64,000 nucleotides of DNA from Octopus sinensis (lineage: Eukaryota). The translations under genes were made by a program, and so were the position numbers. Numbering within the stretch: position 1 is the first letter of the stretch; the number at the start of each line of letters is the position of its first letter. Positions 13,422 through 25,831 of the stretch are shown piece by piece. The notes beneath the pieces were generated by a model that saw only the letters and a program-made list of their open reading frames with translations, had not been told where the DNA came from and did not search any database. The stretch spans positions 116,684,001 to 116,748,000 of the forward strand of contig NC_042997.1 in the NCBI RefSeq assembly GCF_006345805.1. The letters are read 5' to 3'.

Positions 13422-14119
13422 TAAAAAAACATGCAGTAAATAAACATACGAACATATACTAAATACATAGACGAACGGAAATCACAGGTCAACAACTCCT
13501 CTTCGGTCATCGGCCAGATGGTCGAGCGCAATCTCGGTCATTAACGATCGAGATAGATAGATAGATTATGGAATGAACATTATGTAAAATCATTACAACT
13601 GTTTCGACACATTTTTGCACCCGTAGTACATTGGTGAGATGTGTAATCATTATCATGCGTGCAAGGTTTAAAATGCATCTCCTCAGGTGATTGTTTAAAT
13701 AAGTCCTTCATTAAATCCTATAGTCATTTCACTCAGCTTGAGAACGCATACCGAAGGCGATGTGTCATTTCCAGCAGTTTACAAGTCAAATTAAACCCAT
13801 AGATATAGTGACAGATAAAATACAATAATTATCAAAATAAAAATACAGAAATAAAGAAATGGACAAAAATGGAGAAAAAGTGGTCAGGTTTACGATAAAT
13901 TAACTTTGTTAGTGATCGGCAGAAGAACTTCAATAAATGATAAAGAAAAAAGAAAGAAATGATGACGAAAAACAAACAGCCAGACATGTATGTGTGTGTC
14001 TATGTGCGTGTGTGTGTGTGTGCATATATAACATAGAAGTCTGTTGCTGTGTTCCATGCAGTGTGGTCTCACTTTTATTTGTTTTTGTATTAAATACTTT
14101 GTACACCATGTTTGGTGTA

Positions 14120-15330
14120 CTTTCTGAGATATACTAAAAATGCTAAGAATGCTAAGAAAACAGCTGGAATTAACGACATTTTCAGCTGACATAAGAATAG
14201 AATTTGGTCAAAAGAAATATATTTGATTGCTGAGCGGGCTCAAAACCTGAGCACCAATGGTCTCACTGTGTCTCCTGTCCCACATAAAGAATGCCACAAG
14301 TTTGAGGAAAATATATCATACCAAGGTACTCTGAATAAAGATAGAGTGACCCAAGAATATTACACCAGACTAGGGAAAAATATGGCTGTCTAAACCTTTC
14401 TCTTACAAGACAATATCCCACAATGCATTTGCAGAACTAGCGCTGATTCCAACATCTGGGATACTTAACTAGTCTGTAGAAGAAATCCACTCCATCGACA
14501 TTAAAACCCGCAAAATTCTAGCATACCTCAAAAAAGACCTGCAGGTGAAAACAGTCAGCATACTAAAAAAGACTATGCATGGCTATGTTTCACGAAGACT
14601 TGAAAGAAACGGTAATATCAACATGAAATGAAGCCTCTCTTGACCGCTACATCATCCTTCGAAGGCTATGCGTTTGCGATCCTAAAACAGATTACTACGA
14701 ATTACTTAATAAAAAAAGAGACAGTGAAGTCCTTGGAACTCCAAGATGCAAACGAAAATGTAGATTATGTCAATTTCTGTGGAAGACATCACATATGTGT
14801 TAGCAGCTGGCCCCAAATGTCATCAAGGTAGTATCGACACGACGTCGTCGCAAAAACGATATACAATGCTGCTCAGAAGAAAAAAAAGCTGAACTGGAAT
14901 AAATATAAAGACACCTCCACCCGTTATTGAATACATACAGAAGCGTCATCACAAGGAACGCTCGTGGAATATCCTCATCGAAATATCTAGTGTAAACCCA
15001 ACAGGCTAGATAATGTTGTTTCTGACAGACAAAAAAAAGTATGTACCGTCAAAGAGGTCAGATGTCTGGATGTGAAAATTTCTTTGAAAATTAAAGAGAA
15101 GGAGATTAACTATGGATAACAACTTCAAAACCTCCAGCTTCTATATTCATGTTATAAATTCGTATTTATATCAATAATAATTGGTGCACATGGTTTTTAA
15201 TGCCTAAGGGACACTCCGGATAAGCTAGGGTTTTCAGAAAAAAGAAATCAATCAACTCAAATGTTACAAATAAAATCTGTAAGTGGAATAGTAATAATAT
15301 GCAAGTCTTTTCGGAAGCATACATGTTTTT
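14120..15330 (+). mobile_element. Decayed R4/Dong-like non-LTR retrotransposon (RT C-terminus, CCHC knuckle, RLE)
   Basis: Frameshifted fragments FSADIRIEFGQK, KDRVTQEYYTRL, EEIHSIDIKTRKIL, CRLCQ...RHDVVAKTIYNA, ICKSF. Confidence 0.8.
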
Positions 15331-15957
15331 GTTATCTGCATTACATCGATGGATCTTTGTATTTTTTGTAAGAAATCAGCTCCTTCCTCAAAAGAAGAAT
15401 TTAAATAATTAAAAACAGAAAAGAACATACATGATGGCCGTCCACTCGTGACCGAGGAAGACCATTGCTGACCTTTAGGAACATTGTGCGCTCTAGGACT
15501 AACTTATGCTTTGCATATGCGAATCCGTTGATGACTAATGAGCCCTGCTCTTGACAAGTATACACGACTGCAAACATTGCAGCACACTTAAATTCTTGAT
15601 GCAGAATACATTCTCTCTCAAAGGTATCGACCCCCTCCTTAACCTGCTTCATCCATCTTTGGCGATGACCGGCATTGCTCTCCCGGTCGGTCTCCTGCAT
15701 ATCACAGGCCTTTAAAGAGGGCTTGATATAGTCCTTAAATCGCAGAAACCATTGATATAAATATATAAATATATACACACATATAAATCTATATACATGC
15801 AAATAACCATAAAATTACCTGTCATATTCTGTTTATATACATATATCATATAACAGAATTACGTAAAATATTATTTCTATCTTATACATCGTAAAGCTTT
15901 AAATATCGCACATTCGCTAACAAATATTTTTTTTTGAGACAATAAATTTACCTTAGG

Positions 15958-16310
15958 CTGCGAGTTCACAGAATCGTTGCCATACCGGGCAAAATACTTG
16001 GCGGCGTTTCGTCAGTCTTTATGTTTCGAGTACAGATTCCGCCAAAGTCGACTTTGCTTTACATCCTTTCAAGGTCGATACAATATGTACAGTTGAGCAC
16101 AGGGGTCGATGTAATCAACTAGCCCATTCCATTAACTGTTGACCTTCAGCTAAAATTTGAAACCATTATAATAAATTTACCTAAGGAAACAAGCTGACAG
16201 AATCATTACCGCGTCAGACAAAATGCTTCTTTCGACTTGACGTTCTCAGTTCAAATTCCACCGAGGTCGAATATGCCTTTCATCATTTCAGGGTTGATAA
16301 AATAAGTAAT
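15958..16310 (+). mobile_element. Two old tandem family A SINE copies
   Basis: Degenerate CAGAATCGTT...TTCCGCCAAAGTCGACTTTGC and TTCAAATTCCACCGAGGTCG motifs. Confidence 0.7.
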
Positions 16311-16659
16311 TTAAGGCCCAGTGCCAAAATTTGAAACGAATATAATAAATTTACCTAAATACATAAAATACAAATGTTTGAAACAATAAATCTATGCAAA
16401 CACATATCATTTATTACTGGGTTCTCTATATCTAAGAATTCAGCCTCTTACCTTTCCCTCTTACCTTCTACATGATTAGCTAATTACCATGAACAACTCC
16501 GTAAAATCAAAAGAAGCATTAATACGAAGTGCACACACACATACACACACACGCGCGCGCGCGCGCACACACACACACCGCGCGCGCGCGCACACACACA
16601 CACACACACAAAAGAAATCCGTCGGAAGGATAACCCAAAAAGCAAAGAAATAACCCACA

Positions 16660-17100
16660 CCATGGTAGAAGCCATAGCCACTCATAATAAAAAAGGAGTA
16701 CTAGTGGAATGTCCCAGTGAAAATCCCAATAAAATGTAAGCACAACAGACCTGATATAATGATTTGGGATGGGAAAGAGAAATTGTGTACAGCTGTGGAA
16801 ATTAGCTGCTTAGCGGATGTTAAGATAAAGCTGAAGATCAGTGAAAAAGAGAACACCTATGCTGAACTACTGAGAAATCTGCAGTTCACTCTACCTAGAT
16901 ATGTAACACACTGAGATATGTTACATACTGTCTAAATAGCAATCTTGAGAAATTACGCTTCTCAAAACCAGAAAGCACAAAGCTGATTGGAAGACTACAG
17001 ATCCAGTCCATCACTGGAACTGTATAAATCTGTAAAACTTTACAGAAGTTTATCATTTAAATACATATGGGCATTCTAGATATGCAACTATATGCATAAG
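16660..17100 (+). mobile_element. R4/Dong-like LINE 3' fragment (restriction-like endonuclease domain)
   Basis: WWNVPVKIPIKCKHNRPDIMIWDGKEKLCTAVEISCLAD...KISEKENTYAEL fits the RLE PD..(D/E) motif; followed by (TACA)n. Confidence 0.85.
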
Positions 17101-17469
17101 AATACATATATAAAGCAAAGCATACAAATTTGCACATGTACATACATACATACATACATACATACATACATGCATGCATGTATGCAAGCATATTTCCAAA
17201 CGTAGCTTCACTCGCATCGGATGTCATTGCTGCTGAAAATCTAGAGCAGGCCTTGTAGCCCACATGCTAGTCTGCCAGAGATAATTGCTAAACAAGAACA
17301 TATGACAGTATTGATAGTGGTCAGGAGTCATGAGAAAGCTCACTTATGATAATGAAAGTAGACATTTAGCAAACGATAATAGGTGTTAGGATGAAAGGGT
17401 TCGGATTTAGAGAGAGGGCAGTGCATTTGAACTCACCTAATTTTAGCATTCTAACACGGAATTAACGGC

Positions 17470-17678
17470 TATTACTACTACTACTACTGCGATGACGACG
17501 ACGACCAGCATCAGCAGCAGCACCACCACCACCACTACTACCGCTGCTGCTACTACAACTATAACAACAACAACTACCGCTGCTACAACTACAACTGCTG
17601 CTGCTGCTGCTACAACAACAACTACTACTACTAATACCGCTGCCACAACTACAACTGCTATTACTGCTACAGCTGCTG

Positions 17679-17730
<52 letters not shown>

Positions 17731-17762
17731 GACTATTACCGCTGCTACAACTACAACTGCTA

Positions 17763-17825
<63 letters not shown>

Positions 17826-17830
17826 ATGAT
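17470..17830. repeat. (CTA/ACA/CTG)n compound triplet repeat
   Basis: Direct reading. Confidence 0.95.
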
Positions 17831-18023
17831 AACTGACTTCCTTTTTAGTCCTTTAGGTCGAAGGATTACAGCTTCGACCAGGACATTAGCAGCGTTTACT
17901 GAAAACCATTTCAATCGCCTGAAGAAAGCTTTTCTGATCATGACATGTGGCTGGAGTCTTAATTGAAAGCAACAGAAAGATGCATAATCGCAAAAACGTT
18001 TAGATAGAAAGACAGATAAATAG

Positions 18024-18066
<43 letters not shown>

Positions 18067-18264
18067 AAGAGAGAGAGAGAGAGAGAGGGGGAGATAGTGG
18101 AAAGAGAAGGAAGAATAGAGATAAATTTGAAGATTATTGGACAGACAGGCAACCTGTAACAAAGTGAAATATAATAAGTGCAAACGAATGAAAGTGGATG
18201 ATTTTAATTTGCTTCGTATTTGACAGTTGCTTTGTTCTTCTGCACCACCATTTGCTAATCTTTA

Positions 18265-18303
18265 GAGAGAGAGAGAGAGAGAGAGAGGGGGGAATAGAGA
18301 CCG

Positions 18304-18344
<41 letters not shown>

Positions 18345-18355
18345 AATAGAGACCG

Positions 18356-18390
<35 letters not shown>

Positions 18391-18450
18391 ACGAGAGAGA
18401 GAGAGAGCGGACGAGAGAGAGAGAAAGAGTGAGAGAAAGAGAGAGAAAGC
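18265..18450. repeat. (GA)n tract punctuated by recurring CCGGAC / GGGGAATAGAGACCGGAC units
   Basis: Direct reading. Confidence 0.9.
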
Positions 18451-18949
18451 ATATAAATGGAAAGATCTCGAAAGTGAGAGAAGTTAAACGTTTCGTATTT
18501 TTAAGGATCTGTTTTGATGAGTTGTATCGATTGTTGTTATATAGTTGCTATTTGCTCTGCCCTTGAATTTTCATGAAGCAGGAATAAGGTGGGGTCTTTA
18601 ACATAATTGCAGCTATTCAAATTCAAACAAAACCATCATAGGTGAACACGATTCTGATTGCACTGCAATTAGACGAAGATGCGGGATTGCAATATAGCTG
18701 AACGAAATACGATACTTTTATAGATTTAACACAGTAATATTCTCTAAGTAAACACAAGAAGCTGTTGCTTGGCTTCTGTAATAAACAATCAGAGAGTTTA
18801 GCCAATAAAAAGAGATCCAGGAAAGAATATAATACATGAATACATATATATATCGATGCACACATATATGCTCATACCCACTGGCACACACTCACAAGGG
18901 TATACTCCTTCCTCTGTCTCGCACACACAAACACACCACACACACACAC

Positions 18950-18992
<43 letters not shown>

Positions 18993-19203
18993 CACGTGCA
19001 CATAAACGCAAATATTCATGACAAAATACATTGTCTTCGTAGCCAGTTTCAGAAGGGATTAATTTACACAGTCAGCATCATCATACACCTACATACATCC
19101 ATAAATTATATGTGTGTGTGTGTATATATCCATGTGTGTGTATGTACGTGTATATATGTATGTGTATGTCTCACTCTCTATATATATTATATTATATATA
19201 TAT

Positions 19204-19238
<35 letters not shown>

Positions 19239-19613
19239 ATATTATATATATATATATTAATAATATTTATATAATATATATAATATATATATATATATTA
19301 TATATATATATATATATATATTATATATTATATATTATATTTATATATTATATATATATATATATTATATATATTATATATTATATAGTATTATTTTATA
19401 TATATATAGTAATATATATAATATATATATATATATAATATATATAATATATTATATATAATATTATATATTATATATATATTATAATTATATATATATA
19501 TATATTATATATATATATATATAAACTTACTGTTAATTAAAATGGTATGAGTGCGTACAGTTATGTATATATATATTATATATATATATATTATATATAT
19601 ATTATATATTATA

Positions 19614-20128
19614 CTAGCAGTATCGCCCGGCGTTGCTCGGGTTTGTAAGGGAAATAACTATATAAGCATTTTTAGAGAGTTACTTCCCTTATAGATGCCA
19701 ATTCGGGCTTTCTTAGCCATTTCTGTTTTGGTGTCTTAAAGCCATGAAGTCGTTGTTCTAAAAGAACGCTGGTCTCCTTGACAACGCTTTACGACGTTGA
19801 TTTTCTTACACTCCCTTCCCCACAGCTTCACGAGGGAGGGAAGAAGGGGGAGAAGCAAACAGGTGCAGGTGTGACCATGGACGCCAACTCCGCCGCCATC
19901 GACACACGAAAAATTATGCATTAAAATGGAATAAAAATTTATGTTAAATTATTTTTAAAATCGTAGACTCATCGTAGACGCGCTCTAATACTCAGACGGG
20001 CTCGATATGAATCACGACTATAAGATACCCGAATTTGGTTAAACTGTACAGCAAAATGTGGGAGTAGTTAGGAATCTAAATCGAAGGGGACAGACACTCA
20101 CACAACTACAGTTTTATATATATATAGA
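19614..20128 (-). mobile_element. Non-autonomous Helitron (~515 bp)
   Basis: 5' TCTATATATA...; 3' CCCGAGCAACGCCGGG hairpin + CTAG; inserted between A and T; reverse complement of 20251-20763. Confidence 0.88.
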
Positions 20129-20175
20129 TATATATATAAGCTTACTGTTATTAAAATGGTATGAGTGCGTACCGT

Positions 20176-20227
<52 letters not shown>

Positions 20228-20250
20228 TATATTATATTATATATTATATA

Positions 20251-20763
20251 TCTATATATATAAAACTGTAGTTGTGTGAGTGTCTGTCCCCTTCGATTTA
20301 GATTCCTAACTACTCCCACATTTTGCGGTGTAGTTTAACCAAATTCGGGTATCGTATAGTCGTGATTCATATCGAGCCCGTCTGAGTATTAGCGCGCGTC
20401 TACGATGTGTCTACGATTTTAAAAATAATTTAACATAATTTTTTATTCCATTTTAATGCATAATTTTTCGTGTGTCGATGGCGGCGGAGTTGGCGTCCAT
20501 GGTCACACCTGCACCTGTTTGCTTCTCCCCCTTCTTCTCTCCCCCGTGAAGCTGTAGGGAAGGGAGTGTAAGGAAATCAACGTCGTAAAGCGTTGTCAAG
20601 GAGACCAGCGTTCTTTTAGAACAACGACTTCATGGCTTGAAGACACCAAAACAGAAATGGCTAAGAAAGCCCGAATTGGCATCTATAAGGGAAGTAACTC
20701 TCTAAAAATGCTTATATAGTTATTTCCCTTACAAACCCGAGCAACGCCGGGCGATACTGCTAG
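20251..20763 (+). mobile_element. Non-autonomous Helitron (~513 bp), inverted partner of 19614-20128
   Basis: Starts TCTATATATATAAAACTGTAG, ends CCCGAGCAACGCCGGGCGATACTGCTAG; A^T target. Confidence 0.88.
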
Positions 20764-21098
20764 TATATATATATATATATATAAAAACTTACTGTTAATT
20801 AAAATGGTATGAGTGCGTACCGTTACGTAATATAGAAAAAATGCATAGAAAATAAACAGCAGATAAAAAACGTATACGTATACAACCGGACGGGAGACAG
20901 ACACTGACGCTCCCTAAGTTTTCATCAGTTATCATACACACACACACACACATACACACACACAGAGTAAACTCGATAATAAGAATACAATGAACTTGCG
21001 TGAGGAGTCGAAAATCCCAAGTTTCGGATAATGTACTCACTCCTTCAAGGAAAAGTTGCAAGAAGATAAATAAACGAGACACACACACACATACACAC

Positions 21099-21165
<67 letters not shown>

Positions 21166-21199
21166 AATATATATATATATATATCAATTAGAGACAGAA

Positions 21200-22410
21200 A
21201 TCCCCATAAAATTCAAGAAATTAGAATATAAATTCAACCAACGTCATAGAATATTATATTTAATATTTGCTATCCGTTCTCAAAGTTTTCGACTACACGT
21301 GTTTCATGAGGTTGTATACTATGTTCCTGAGACACGCAGCCTCTTACAATCTACGTAAAAGAATGGCCCTGCACAGATCCCAGATAAAAATTTCCCAAAA
21401 CAGAAAAATAGCACTCAGCCAACACAGACATTTGCGCCAACAACAAAAGTCCAAGCTTCAGAATTTTTCCCCTCTACCAATTCAGGGACGATACAACCTG
21501 GAGCCAACGAATAAGTAAAGAAACTCTCTTTATTACAAAATACAGGCCCCTTCTGAAAGCGTCTACGACAAACGACATATCCACCTCGGCCTTAGAATAA
21601 CACAAATACACACGCAAATATTAGAAATGATACTCAAGAGATTCCCAAGAATTCATTAAAAAACAATGCCAATCACTGCTATAATCCATTAGGTGCCAAT
21701 TTTAAGTCATTTAAAACCTTACTACTTTCTACATTCATTCTTATTCTCCCTTCTCTTTCTACTTCTTCTGTTTCTTCTTCTGTTTCTTCTTTTTCTTCTT
21801 CTCTTTCTTCTCTTCTTCTTCTTCTTCTTCTTCTTCTTCTTCTTCTTCTTCTTCTTCTTCTTCTTCTTCTTCTTCTCTTCTTCTTCTTCTTCTCTTTCTT
21901 CTTCTTCTTCTTCTCTTCTTCTTCTCCTTCTTCTCCTTTCTCCTTCCTAACTTTATCACTAATGCTTTTTAGAATAACACCTACGCAAATTCTATAAACA
22001 AAACATTCTAAAGAAATATTTTCATGAATTGAACAAATTTCTTTATTATACAATAACAAATTTCTTTATTAACAAATCCACTGACCATTCAAAATACTAT
22101 TATCTTGCCACTCCCAAATTATTCTTCTTCTTCCCCTTCTCCTCCTCCTTTTTCTTCTTCCCTACCAAGAATTCACAAGGACCACGAACCCACAAGAGTA
22201 AACAAGAGAGACAGAGACAGACAGAAACTAGGAAAATGCCACTTGTATTTGAATACTATACAAATATTCTTTTAAAATACTTTTCTTTTAATTTTTCTAA
22301 ATTTAATTATTCGTTTGTTACAGCTGAAAAAGTCTCAATGTCTGAAACCGGTACTGAAATGTTTTTTATAAAATTATTTTAGCATTTCCTATCTTGACTT
22401 TTTTTCCCAT
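21200..22410 (+). mobile_element. Penelope-like remnant: GIY-YIG endonuclease C-terminus plus 3' UTR with a decayed hammerhead
   Basis: LRKRMALHRSQI...LSQH / DICANNKSPSFRIFPLYQF...KETLFITKYRPLL; UTR contains (TTC)n and HHR-like CAG-CTGAAAA-AGTC..GTCT-GAAACCGGTA-CTG (22318-22359), homologous to 54481-54522. Confidence 0.75.
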
Positions 22411-22426
22411 ATATATATATGTATAT

Positions 22427-22492
<66 letters not shown>

Positions 22493-22536
22493 TGTACATG
22501 CATTATGTATACAATACTATATTATATAATATAATA

Positions 22537-22930
22537 GGCGCAGGTGTGGCTGTGTGGTAAGTAGCTTGCTTACCAACCACATGGTCCTGGGTTCAGTTCC
22601 ACTGCATGACACCTTGGGCAAGAGTCTTCTACTATATCTTCGGGCCGACCAAAGCCTTGTGAGTGGATTTGGAAGACGGAAACTGAAAGAATCCCGTCGC
22701 ATATATGTATATGTATATATATATGTGTGTGTGCGTTTGTGTGTCTGTGTTTGTCCTCCCAACGTCGCTTGACAACCGATGCTGGTGTGTTTACGTATCC
22801 GTAACTTAGCGGCTCGGCAAAAGTGACCGATGGAATAAGTACTAGGCTTCCAAAGAATAAGTCCTGGGGTCGATTTGCTCGACTAAAGGCGGTGCTCCAG
22901 CATGGCTGAAGTCAAATGACTGAAACATGT
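22537..22930 (+). mobile_element. tRNA-derived SINE, family B (CORE-like head, internal TA/TG microsatellite)
   Basis: GGCGCAGGTGTGGCTGTGTGGTAAG...GGGTTCAGTTCCAC...CACCTTGGGCAAG...GGTGCTCCAGCATGG; about eight copies in the window. Confidence 0.9.
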
Positions 22931-23040
22931 ATATGGATAATAAAACGAATGGTTTGCACCTGGTAGCTTTCTGGTAAAGTACGGTCACTTTTAGAGCGAT
23001 CGTTAGGTATATAACAAATGAAAGACGGAATATATTATTA

Positions 23041-23146
23041 ATCACGACAATTGTTTCGACACATCTAGCATCGATTCCTCTTGTGCGGGACACTCAACAA
23101 CTGGCTCAGGGACATTCAGTGGTGCAGATGTATCTGGTCGGGTGAT
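23041..23146 (-). ncRNA. Decayed type I hammerhead ribozyme (core CCGACCA)
   Basis: Stem I ATCAC/GTGAT, 9-bp stem II GATACATCT/AGATGTGTC, GAAAC-AATT-GTC; two core substitutions (U4C, G8C). Confidence 0.6.
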
Positions 23147-23439
23147 ACATAAATAAAAACAACTCGTTAAAATTACTGTTCCACAATGTATCTTACTGTT
23201 TTGTAGAAAGAAAAACAGCAAGACGGAGTAAAAATCTTCATATATGTAGAAGATCAAAATTAAAATTGCAGAAGACAAAAAGGGAAACGAACGCGTAATC
23301 CTGCGTTCGTTTCTCTTCAGCTTTATTTTTTAATTTTTTAAAAAAGTTATGAATTCTTTTATCGAGATGTTACTAACCATTTTGGAGGAAGTTTTTTCCC
23401 TAGTGTGTGGGCGCTTTCGATTATCTTTATGAAGCACAC

Positions 23440-23476
<37 letters not shown>

Positions 23477-23480
<4 letters not shown>

Positions 23481-25830
23481 GCAATAAAGATTCAAGTTAA
23501 TTTAAATGAATTTACTTGAATATAGTACCTAACTTAGATGCACAAAAAAAAAACTATACTGTTTTAACAATACAGTAATGTGGGGTGATTATAAGCGAGA
23601 AAGAAGCAACAAGAATGGATAGGTTTTTAGTACAATCGTTTCATACAAGGACAGGCTTTATTAAAGTTGTAAAAATTACAGCATATAAACGTGTCCCGTA
23701 CTCATCAGCTAAAATACATGTAAGTTCTCTAGACATCCTAGTGTTTGAGGCTATACTCATGAAGTAATGTAGATAATTAAGTAACATAAACAGATTTCCA
23801 AAGTTCATTAAAGTTCTTTAAAGATGATGTAGTCTTATCCAGAATTTTAAAAAAGTTCTAATAGCATCACAGAGAAGGTGACCTAATCCATAGAGCACAT
23901 ATGATTTCCAGAGATATGATGAGGGATTACATACTCACAGAAGACAAATTTATCCATTGTTAATCACAACGAGGTGGGTCTCAATTCCTGCTTATTAGCA
24001 TTACAGAGAGGGTGAATTAATCCTTTGTATAGATGCACAATTTCCAATGGTGTAGATGTAAGTTTCCAGAGAAATGAAGAGGAATTTCATATTCACAGCG
24101 ATAAATTTATCAATGGTTGAACACAATGAGGTAGGTATCAATTCTTGTTATATGATTAGGTATTTGCCACATTAATCACATTACTGCTATTTACAAGAGG
24201 CTGTAGCTATTTAACTTTTAAAGGCTGAAGGGCTTTCTAGAGAGGCCAAGAATAGAAAGGGAAGGGAATAGAAGAAAAGAGAGAAAATAAAGGAGGAGGG
24301 AGCAAAAAAAGGGGGGGGGAAGGGGACTAAAAGAGAAGAGAAAGGAAAAAGATAATAGAAGAAGAAACAGAAAAAAGAGAAAAAGAGAAAGAAATAGGGA
24401 AAGAAGGGAAAAATAAAAATAAAAAAGAGGGTTCTAGTTATACAGACGAATTAGTAGACGGCAAGTCTGGTTTTAATTTACAGGCATCTAGGAACTAGAG
24501 AGAATATTATTCTTTGGCCAGTAAAACAGCTAATTTATTGCTGTTGAAATCACTATGAATTTAAAGAGAATCTAAAGAGATAACACAGTCAGGGGTTTAG
24601 GGGTCAGATGCTAATTCAAAAGAAAATACATTAGGAAAATCTAAGTATAATCTTATCAAAAAGTCAATAAAATTTACTTATTTAATTTATTCATTTTATT
24701 GTCTTAAGGAGTTGCCGTTATATTCATACATTGACGGACTACAGGTCAAATCTTAGAAGGTCATTTACAAGTGTTAGGGGATTGTCTATCATAATGAAGA
24801 TAATCATATTATCACCGAGGGGGTAGCCTTATTTATTTAATTTTGAAATAGAATTAGGGGGCTATAGTATCTCATTTATTTTATTAGAGTTATGCTACTT
24901 AAATTAGATTAAGTTAGGAATAAAATTAAAAATTACAATTAAGATTTAAAATTAAGAATTTAAAAATTATGAGTTTGAAATTAAATAAAGCCTCAATTAA
25001 GCAGCGTATAAGTACTATTCATTTCCCTGTTCTCAAAAAATTGATGCAGATATAAGGAAAAATTAACTGTAGTGTGAGAACTCTTAGTTATCTACTTAAA
25101 GCAGTGCTATACTAGTAGAAATCAAGTTATATCTATCTATCTAGTTACGGCTATTCTAATCATTTAAAATATTTTAAAGTCTTCAATTTAGCGTGGACAC
25201 AAACTTGACCTAGTTCGATATGATTATTCAATAAGTTTCTATGTTTTCTATGCTTTAGAATTTCATACGTCTCCATGGAGCATAGTTGGCAACCAACCCT
25301 ACTATTTTTATACGGAATTCTCTCCTAACTATTTCCCAATTAAGGTTATAATTTTTATTATTATTTTTGAGTTCCCAGATTTTGTTTGAAAGTGTGGTGG
25401 TACCAGCTTTATGACGTATTTAAAGACGAGATGTGATTTCTAACTCTGGCTAGAAAATTAATTGTACATCCAACGTAAAGATATTTGTTATTCTCCGTGG
25501 ATATGGTACATTTATAGATTACATTATTTTCCCCACATAGACCAGGTGCCGGGCATTTTGATTTTATTCTACACTTACACACAGGAAGAGCAACTTCAGG
25601 CTTTGGATTATTCTTGGGTAGATTTCTTAGGTTCCTATTATTTTGATTATCATTTCTATAGTTGGTGCTGATATCTAAAGTATTGCTATTATTTATTGAT
25701 CCTTCAGCTTCATCATTTAGGTTTAAAGTCCTACCATGATTTCTTATATTATTGGTAATGTTACTATTATTGTTAGTCTTTTTATCCGACTGCATATTGC
25801 TGTTATAAATATCACTGATATTTTCATTCA
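23477..25830 (-). mobile_element. Penelope-like element, left (minus-strand) copy, 5'-truncated
   Basis: GIY-YIG endonuclease end, ~1.6-kb 3' UTR, hammerhead near the 3' end, abutting (TA)n at 23445-23476; 23591-25472 is the reverse complement of 25831-27721. Confidence 0.88.
23625..23714 (-). ncRNA. Type I hammerhead ribozyme (intact core)
   Basis: TTTTAG-CTGATGA-GTACGGGAC...GTCCTTGTAT-GAAAC-GATT-GTA|CTAAAA; mirror of 27599-27688. Confidence 0.82.
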
Positions 25831-25831
25831 T
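25228..25831 (-). pseudogene. PLE Asn-rich linker + GIY-YIG endonuclease fragment (frameshift near 25415)
   Basis: CKCRIKSKCPAPGLCGENNVIYKCTISTENNKYLYVGCTINFLARVRNH: VIY...YVG motif preceded by a CxC..CP..G.C cluster. Confidence 0.85.

Noticed and set aside
13590-13675. Minus-strand ATGTGTC-GAAAC-AGTT-GTA motif
   Set aside because: Core and stem I too degenerate to call
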